A stretch of DNA of 64,000 nt from Desulfosudaceae bacterium (GTDB lineage Bacteria > Desulfobacterota > Desulfobacteria > Desulfobacterales > Desulfosudaceae). Positions 57,579-64,000 of this stretch are shown here, one piece after another (the stretch's first letter is position 1; each line of letters begins with the position of its first letter). The notes under the pieces were generated by a model. That model did not search any database and had not been told where the DNA came from. It saw only the letters and a program-made list of their open reading frames with translations. Position numbers and translations under genes: made by a program. The stretch spans positions 1,536,001 through 1,600,000 of the forward strand of contig CAXXDV010000001.1 of NCBI GenBank assembly GCA_963674745.2, read 5' to 3'.

Positions 57579-58934
57579 TTAGCCGATCATCATGTTTTCT
57601 TCCGCATACTGAACACCTTTGGTCGTACCGCCGCCGGCAATAATATACGTAAACACCGGCACACCCACCCGACCGATAATCATCAAGAAGATAATGACCA
57701 GTTTTCCGGACCAGGTCAGTACCGGGGTGACGCCCATGGACAGTCCGACCGTGCCAAAGGCCGAGACGGTTTCAAAAAGATAGCTCAAAAACTGGCGGTT
57801 TCCCTGGGTGCGGATACCGTGAGACGGGTCCAGAAACAGGATTAAAAAGACAGCCAGGCAAATGGCACTCAGGGAGAAAAGCAGCACGGATATACTCTTG
57901 TTGACCGTATTGGCAGGAATGGTTTTTTTGAACAGGTTGGTGCACTTGTGGTGTCTCAGGCGGTTCCATGAAAATGACGCCAGAACGGCCAGGGTGGTGG
58001 TTTTTATGCCGCCGCCGCAGGAACCCGGTGAAGCACCCACCAGCATCAGAAACATCATGAACAGCAGGGTGGCCGTATTCAAGGATGCTATGTCAAGGGT
58101 ATTGAAACCGGCGGTGCGACAGGTGATGGATTGAAAAAGGGCTGCCAACAGATCATCGGCCGTGTTCGGAGAAGTCGTCAGGATCCGTTCGGACACAAAA
58201 ATAACCAGGGTTCCGCCGACAATCAACCAGGCGGTTACCGCCAGTACGCTTTTGGTCTGGATCGACATTTTGCCGGTTTTTTTTCGGATGAGGCGGCCGT
58301 AGAGTTCGTAAACCACTGGAAATCCGATTCCGCCCAGCAATATCAGGCTGCAGATAATCATGTTCAGCGGGATGGAGGTTCGCTCGTCAATAAAGCTGTT
58401 GTTAAACAGAGAGAAGCCGGCGTTACAGAAGGCTGAGACAGCATGAAAGGCGGCATTGAAACTGGCCTCGGGCAACGGAAAAGCCGATCGCCAGTGAAAA
58501 AACAGGGCCATAGCGCCCATGGCTTCGACCGTAATCGTAAAAATAAATATCGAGCGGATCAGCCGGTAAATATCTTTGCGTGGGGTATGGGAAAAGGTCT
58601 CCTGCATGGCCATTCGCTGCTGAAAGACGACTTTCTTTCCGATCAGCTGAAACAGGGCCACGGATATGGTCATGATGCCCAGGCCGCCGATTTGAATCAG
58701 CGCCAGGATAATTGACTGTCCGAAAAGGGTAAAGCAGGTGCCGGTATCCACCACCACCAGGCCAGTGACACACACGGCCGAGGTCGCCGTAAACAGGGCG
58801 TCAAGCAGGCCGATGTGGCCCGCCGCTACGGTCGCAACCGGCAGCATGAGCATGATCGTGCCGATCGCAATTGCCACCAGATAACTGGTCAGCAGCAGCG
58901 TGCTTGGGTGAGCGTGCTGAAACCAGGCGCGCAT
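57579..58934 (-). CDS. trkH: Trk/Ktr K+ uptake membrane subunit (KtrB/TrkH)
   Basis: SAVCVTGL, IQIGGLG, SAFCNAGF, RTAGFN, GSCGGGIK, SAFGTVGLS, GRVG. Confidence 0.93.
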   Translation of the reverse strand: MRAWFQHAHPSTLLLTSYLVAIAIGTIMLMLPVATVAAGHIGLLDALFTATSAVCVTGLVVVDTGTCFTLFGQSIILALIQIGGLGIMTISVALFQLIGKKVVFQQRMAMQETFSHTPRKDIYRLIRSIFIFTITVEAMGAMALFFHWRSAFPLPEASFNAAFHAVSAFCNAGFSLFNNSFIDERTSIPLNMIICSLILLGGIGFPVVYELYGRLIRKKTGKMSIQTKSVLAVTAWLIVGGTLVIFVSERILTTSPNTADDLLAALFQSITCRTAGFNTLDIASLNTATLLFMMFLMLVGASPGSCGGGIKTTTLAVLASFSWNRLRHHKCTNLFKKTIPANTVNKSISVLLFSLSAICLAVFLILFLDPSHGIRTQGNRQFLSYLFETVSAFGTVGLSMGVTPVLTWSGKLVIIFLMIIGRVGVPVFTYIIAGGGTTKGVQYAEENMMIG

Positions 58935-58963
58935 CCAGGGCCTCCATCAGTTGTTAATTCGGA

Positions 58964-59056
58964 TATTCCACGAGTTGATGCGGACCCGAACCTTTGGCTC
59001 CTTCTGCAAGGCGCAGGCCGCGAACTCATCAAGGGGCACCCCCCTGTGGGAGCCCT
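58964..59056. repeat. ~65-bp repeated element (copy 3) plus REP half
   Basis: TATTCCACGAGTTGATGCGGACCCGAACCTTTGGCTCCTTCTGCAAGGCGCAGGCCGCGAACTCAT then AGGGGCACCCCCCTGTGGGAGCCC. Confidence 0.75.
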
Positions 59057-59091
59057 TTCATCGCTCTAAATAGCCCCGCTGCGCATTTCTG

Positions 59092-60045
59092 TCAATGCTG
59101 ATGACTTTCGCAGGTGCTGTCGCCCGGTTCACATCCTGTTTTGCGGCAGAGCAGTTCGCCCCGGCCGCAGGCGGAGGTCTCAAACTGCAGTACCGGATGA
59201 TCAATGCCGAAGTTATCCATCAATATATCATTTATCGTCATCGTCAGGCTTTCGGTGGCACTGATCAACTGGTCGGGTACCACGACATGTGCGGTCAAGG
59301 CTACAGAGCGGTTTCCCATGCTCCAGGCGTGAAGGTAGTGAACGCTGTCGACGCCGTCTATGGATTCCAGGGCGGTTTTGACGGCCTCGAGATCCAGCCC
59401 CCGGGGCACGCCGTTCATCAGCACATGGACCGCTTCTTTTACCAGCACCACGCTGTTCCATACGATATACACCACAATGGCCAGGCTCAGGGCCGGATCC
59501 AGCCACGGCAGGTCGGCCACCTGCATGACCAGCGCGCCGACCAGAACCGCTACCGATGTCAGCATGTCGCCGATCATGTGGAGAAAAGCGCCCCTGGCGT
59601 TGAGGTTGTGTTCAGAGTCGCGGTGCAGCAGCCAGGCGGCGGCCCCGTTGCCCGCGATACCCAGAAGCGCCAGCCAGAATACGATGGTCAGGTTGATGGG
59701 CCGGGGATCGGCCAGTCGGGCCAGCGCTTCAGCCGCTATATACATGGCGGCACCGCACAAAAGCGCGGCATTGACGAGGGCGGCCAGAATTTCGATACGC
59801 TGCAGACCGAAGGTGTGCTGCACAGACGGGCCCCGTTTTGCGGCCCGGTGGGCGCCGTAGGCCACCACCAGGGCGGCAAAGTCTCCCAGGTTATGGACCG
59901 CGTCCGAAATCAGGGCCACACTTCCGGCTAAGAGGCCGCCGATGATTTGAGCCGCCGGAATCAGCAGATTGATCACCATGGCCAGCATCAGCCGTCTGCC
60001 GAGGGTCTCGGTAAGTGAGTGGTTATGTGAGTGGTGCGGGTTCAT
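59092..60045 (-). CDS. cation diffusion facilitator (CzcD/ZitB-like) divalent-metal exporter
   Basis: His-rich N-terminus, SDAVHNLGD, FG..R.E, NLNARGAFLHMIGD, LHAW, H..LQFE; Cys/His-rich tail. Confidence 0.92.
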   Translation of the reverse strand: MNPHHSHNHSLTETLGRRLMLAMVINLLIPAAQIIGGLLAGSVALISDAVHNLGDFAALVVAYGAHRAAKRGPSVQHTFGLQRIEILAALVNAALLCGAAMYIAAEALARLADPRPINLTIVFWLALLGIAGNGAAAWLLHRDSEHNLNARGAFLHMIGDMLTSVAVLVGALVMQVADLPWLDPALSLAIVVYIVWNSVVLVKEAVHVLMNGVPRGLDLEAVKTALESIDGVDSVHYLHAWSMGNRSVALTAHVVVPDQLISATESLTMTINDILMDNFGIDHPVLQFETSACGRGELLCRKTGCEPGDSTCESHQH

Positions 60046-60054
60046 TTCCTGTAT

Positions 60055-60963
60055 TTAAAAAGTTAAAGAAATCCCCCCCTGAACAATGTGCTGGTCATAA
60101 TCATAAATATCTACATTTGAGTGGGTATGGACAAACGTGTAGCGGGCCATAAAACCCAACATGTCATTGATTTGAAAGCCGTATTCAATGCCCATGCTGG
60201 TTAAATTGTCCTCGCGCCGGTCAGAGGAGGTTCCGTTAAGATAATCCCAGGCCCGGGCATCATAATCAATCTGCTGGTAATCGCCGAGAATCCGGAAGAT
60301 GTTCCGGTCTTTAAGGCTGATAAGGTAAGACATGCCGCCGCCAAGGGCGCGTCCGTCTTCATCAAATGTCGGGTATTCGTCCACATCCTCGATCTGGGAT
60401 ATTGTTGCGTAAAAATCAACGGCCTGATTTATTTCGGGAAAACTTATCGTGACCGTGGGCGATGCCGTATAACGATGATAACTGGATTCATTGTCTTCTC
60501 TGGAATAAATGTATTTCAGCGGCAGGCTGAAGATGACGTTTCCCCGGTACCACTGCGGTTCTATGGACAACAGCTGGTCGAGTACATCATTTTCTTTGAA
60601 CTCCTCGTGAAGATCCGCATAAACATTGTAGTCGGCCCGGAGTCCGAAACCGTCGCTGAATTTGTGCTGCCAGTAAGTCGACAGGCTGATAAATCCGGCA
60701 TAATCATCCGGGTCGTCATCGGTGTAGGCAGCGTCCAGGTTCTCGACAATGTGTGAATCGTATTTGGCGCCAATGAGAACGGAAGCACCGAAATTACGGG
60801 TTTTTTCCGTCTGGTTTTTTATTCTGTCCTGAATTTTGGCTCCCCCGACCTGGGAGAGGCTCTGCGACGTGGCACTGCAGCCTCACCCCGCCGCCCAGGC
60901 CATGGTTGTGTTCATCATGTATAAAACGATAAATACGGTCAGGATACCAACTTGTTTCTTCAT
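60055..60963 (-). CDS. outer-membrane beta-barrel protein with an in-frame TGA at codon 27 (candidate selenoprotein; alternative: nonsense pseudogene)
   Basis: Manual translation: MKKQVGILTVFIVLYMMNTTMAWAAG-TGA(60883-60885)-GCSATSQ..., open in the same frame into the track ORF 60055-60570; ends HSNVDIYDYDQHIVQGGISLTF (terminal Phe). Confidence 0.75.
60840..60858 (-). promoter_or_regulatory. candidate SECIS hairpin
   Basis: mRNA CUCUCCC-AGGUC-GGGGGAG, +25 to +43 nt after the UGA. Confidence 0.5.
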
Positions 60964-61160
60964 AATAATGACCTTTTTTGTTTGTAAAATAATTTGATCG
61001 ATTGGTTATAGGCAATTAAAACGCTTTTATCATATTCTTTCTGGAGTGGACCGGTTTACTACCTGGCGCCCGACCCGTTGGCGTGGTCCGGGAAATGCCG
61101 GGTGTGTGTCAGGCAGGATCTCTCATACAAAGAAAAGGGGCAGAGAAGATATCTTTTTTA

Positions 61161-61454
61161 TCAAAACTGGCCAAGCGGCCTGGTGAACGTAAACCGGGCC
61201 GGTTCGACAACCAGTGTACTGGCGATCTGGCCGACGTTGTCACCCATTGCTGAAAACGGCAGCGAGACGATAAACAATGTTGAGCCGATAATCGTAGCCG
61301 CAAAACCAAGGGGGCGACACAGCAGGAAATCACCCGCTACTGATGCGTCCGATACGCGGCTGGAAGACATCTCCATGGCCGGCGCGGTAATCGGCGCCGT
61401 CAGCAGTGCCGCAACCAAAAGCAGAGTGGTAAATCGACGCATCAATTTCATCAT
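61161..61454 (-). CDS. small exported/membrane hypothetical protein
   Basis: GGAGG RBS, signal peptide, D.LLCRPLG...SLPF...LVVEPARFTFTRPLG. Confidence 0.8.
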   Translation of the reverse strand: MMKLMRRFTTLLLVAALLTAPITAPAMEMSSSRVSDASVAGDFLLCRPLGFAATIIGSTLFIVSLPFSAMGDNVGQIASTLVVEPARFTFTRPLGQF

Positions 61455-61887
61455 TTTTTTTGCCTCCAGAAAAGCATTAACCGAAAGTTTTCGGATTGTT
61501 GTTTTATTAACTATAATTATGCAAAAACCGTCTGTCAACTGTAATTGGTTTTCTGAATAATCGCTTAGGCCCATTTTAAATCATATTAAAATTATTAAAA
61601 AACAGATTCTTTTAACTTTTAAAAAGGGGCGGATAAGGATTGAAAAAACCTATTCCTATGGTAGGATATGAAATCATTGTTTTTGATGCCGCGGCATCCG
61701 TTTTTCTTATTGGAAAAACACCTGAATTGACATTTAATGAAAAGAGAATATATTGGTTAACAACATTTGCTCACCATATTTTCTGCAGATTATGCGTTAA
61801 TGAAAAAAATGATTTGTTTTCAGAATGCTTGACTCACATAAGCAGCCATTAATTTAGGATCATCAACAGATTGTCAAGGAGGGGGAC

Positions 61888-64000
61888 ATGAAACGTATAA
61901 ATGCAGTTCTATTAATTGTTTTATGGGTGGTCTTTCTTTCACCCGGTCTTACCGCAGCCGGAACAGGTGAAGAAGATATTATCCCGACTGTTAAATCAAG
62001 CACCCCGGTTAACCCGGATTTATTTAAGAGCGTGGTGCCCGACTACGCTCGAGCCGTCGGTGATGTGTTGACGGTTTCAATCGATTCCAGCGGGTTCCCG
62101 GTCATTCTGTTGACGGTCACGCTTCAGAGTTCAACCGGAGACCCCATCAGCAATTTGATGATCGATGACTTTCAGGTGTCCGAACAGTCTGACCAGGAAA
62201 GCGCACCGACCGTTGAAGCCATTGATTCAGTAAATGAAACCGTTGAAAGCAGCGGCGCTTCACTGGGCTTGTTGTTCGACCTCAGCGGCAGCATGCTGTT
62301 AAATGGACGTGTCGACATGGCCAGGCAGGATGCCTTGTGCTTGTTAGATCTAATGGGATCAAATGATCGTGTCATGCTGATGTCGTTTTCCGGACCTGGT
62401 TCAGCGATGGAAATTCTGCCCCCCGGCCCGTTTACCCGGGATGCGGATGGAAACGGCCGGTATGACATTATCGAAGCGGTGAACAGCCTGTCGACGACAA
62501 AAGGCTTCAGCACAGCTGTTTACGATGCCGTGGGCATGGCAATCAGCGCCATGCAGGCGGAATCTCAGCCAAAGGGCATCGTGCTGTTCTCTGACGGCCT
62601 GTCAAACAACGATAATGTCTATGACATTAATGCTGCCATTCAAATGGCAACAAACGCCGGTATTCCTGTTGCGACACTGATTTATGGGAATGAAAACCAG
62701 CAGATTGACGGCCTTGCCGCCGGAACCGGCGGGGTGGCGTTTAATGACCCGGCCTGTCAGGACATGGACGGACTCTACAATTCATATACAACCGCTACAA
62801 CCAGCACCTATACCATCACCTATACCTCCCATAATCCTGAAGAAGACGGAACCAATCGTACGGTGAACGTGACTTATGACGGCGCTACGGGTACGGCGAC
62901 TTATGCGGTCTCCGGAACAACGCCGGTTGAGCCGGGCCAGTGCACCGAAAATTGTGGTGGTGGAACGGGCTGTTTTGTGCAAACCATGGGCGGTAATACG
63001 CTTTCCAGTCTTCGGGTTTTTTCGTATGTTTTGTTCTCGGCGCTGGTGGCGGGGCTGATTCTCTTTTTGCTCAGGCGATTTTCCGCCAGGCAGAACATCA
63101 CTTTTCTGCTGGTGATTTTTGTCCTGGCCCTGTCGGGCATGGCAAACAATCCGGCACAGGCCGGTTTGCGCAAAGGCGCCTTTTCCATCAGTCCCATGGC
63201 CGGTATTTATTATTTTGATGATGACCAGGAAATCGAAAAAGACCCTGTGGCCGGTTTCGGTCTTGGTTATCAGTTTGCCGATAACTGGGGCGTCGAACTT
63301 ATGTTGAACCATGGCCGGTATGATTATCATTACCTGGTGGCCGCCCAGTGCCTTTGCGAGACGGATGATGTCAGCGCCGACCTGGGAAGAATTGACTTGT
63401 TATATCATCTGTGGCCGGAAAGCGACCTGGTGCCGTATCTGGCTGTCGGCTTCGGGGGCATAAGCCTTGATTTTGACAGTTTTGATAAAGAAGACGACAT
63501 TTTTGCCGATTACGGCGGCGGTCTTCTCTACTTTTTGTCCGAGGACATCGCCTTTCGGGCTGATGTGCGGGGAATACACACCTTTGACGATTCTTACAAC
63601 AATCTGGCCGCTACGGTCGGCGTTTCTTTTCTGTTGGGTGGAAAACACAAAGCCGGTGCGCCCTGCGAAACGGCGGCAAAGCCTGTTCCGCCCACAACCC
63701 CTGTTGGAAAAGGGGCAATTGCCCCGGCCCCGGTTATGGCCGCCAGACCGGCCGACTTTCATATCCTGTTCGATTTTAACAAAACGGCGGTTAATCCAAA
63801 ATACTATAATAATTTCAAATCGGTAGCAGATTACCTGAAGGCCTATAAGCAAATTGTGTTAAGGATTGAGGGGTATGCCGACGCCATCGGTTCAGAGGCC
63901 TATAACCAGGCGCTTTCTCTGCGTCGGGCACAAAGCGTCAGCGCTTATCTGTCCACCAACTTTAATGTATCACGGTCACGAATGTACGTTGTCGGATTAG
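61888..64000 (+). CDS. signal peptide-VWA domain-CTERM-like anchor-internal signal peptide-OmpA barrel and OmpA C-terminal domain; 3' end runs off the window
   Basis: AGGAGG RBS; no stop by manual translation to the window end. DLSGS MIDAS, TAVYDA and LFSDG (VWA); GGGTGCF + TM + RR; second hydrophobic segment ending AQA; PYLAVGFG/YGGG/FRADVR barrel; FDFNK..EGYAD.IG..AYNQALS.RRA. Confidence 0.9.
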   Translation, partial: MKRINAVLLIVLWVVFLSPGLTAAGTGEEDIIPTVKSSTPVNPDLFKSVVPDYARAVGDVLTVSIDSSGFPVILLTVTLQSSTGDPISNLMIDDFQVSEQSDQESAPTVEAIDSVNETVESSGASLGLLFDLSGSMLLNGRVDMARQDALCLLDLMGSNDRVMLMSFSGPGSAMEILPPGPFTRDADGNGRYDIIEAVNSLSTTKGFSTAVYDAVGMAISAMQAESQPKGIVLFSDGLSNNDNVYDINAAIQMATNAGIPVATLIYGNENQQIDGLAAGTGGVAFNDPACQDMDGLYNSYTTATTSTYTITYTSHNPEEDGTNRTVNVTYDGATGTATYAVSGTTPVEPGQCTENCGGGTGCFVQTMGGNTLSSLRVFSYVLFSALVAGLILFLLRRFSARQNITFLLVIFVLALSGMANNPAQAGLRKGAFSISPMAGIYYFDDDQEIEKDPVAGFGLGYQFADNWGVELMLNHGRYDYHYLVAAQCLCETDDVSADLGRIDLLYHLWPESDLVPYLAVGFGGISLDFDSFDKEDDIFADYGGGLLYFLSEDIAFRADVRGIHTFDDSYNNLAATVGVSFLLGGKHKAGAPCETAAKPVPPTTPVGKGAIAPAPVMAARPADFHILFDFNKTAVNPKYYNNFKSVADYLKAYKQIVLRIEGYADAIGSEAYNQALSLRRAQSVSAYLSTNFNVSRSRMYVVGL

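Noticed and set aside
61062..61115. Hairpin upstream of the U-G-C barrel gene as a riboswitch
   Set aside because: No convincing match to a consensus I can recognise; it may just be a 3' stem of the preceding gene.

Overview
Gene-dense chromosomal window (moderately GC-rich) from a bacterium whose gene content suggests an anaerobic Desulfobacterota/deltaproteobacterium: orphan cooS, a split F0-only atpZIBE operon, rubredoxin and rubrerythrin-like genes, a multiheme cytochrome and sigma54 promoters. The taxonomy is inferred, not shown. The window holds, in order: a sigma54-controlled fab-like operon; PBP1A; an EndoQ-like nuclease-UvrD fusion with ogt; a cysteine synthase fused to a degenerate CysRS; tmk; a Cys-rich HTH regulator with metY-metX-metW; an integron-type mazEF cassette with attC; yhaM-surE and lipid-enzyme genes; cooS; mutY; cstA; pyrK; atpZIBE; an intact ISL3 inserted into octamer-repeat arrays; and an ion-transport operon (CDF, trkH, trkA, nhaP). 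Two genes missing or truncated in the ORF track are the main candidates. (1) 60055-60963(-) encodes an exported outer-membrane beta-barrel whose only interruption is a TGA just after the signal peptide, in a U-G-C motif followed by a SECIS-like hairpin. It is a candidate selenoprotein heading the metal/ion transport operon. (2) 61888->64000(+) is one ORF that appears to join a VWA surface protein with a Cys-containing C-terminal anchor to an OmpA protein with its own internal signal peptide (candidate polyprotein). Several repeat and structured-element families also occur, including two ~175-bp hairpins whose stems differ while pairing is preserved.
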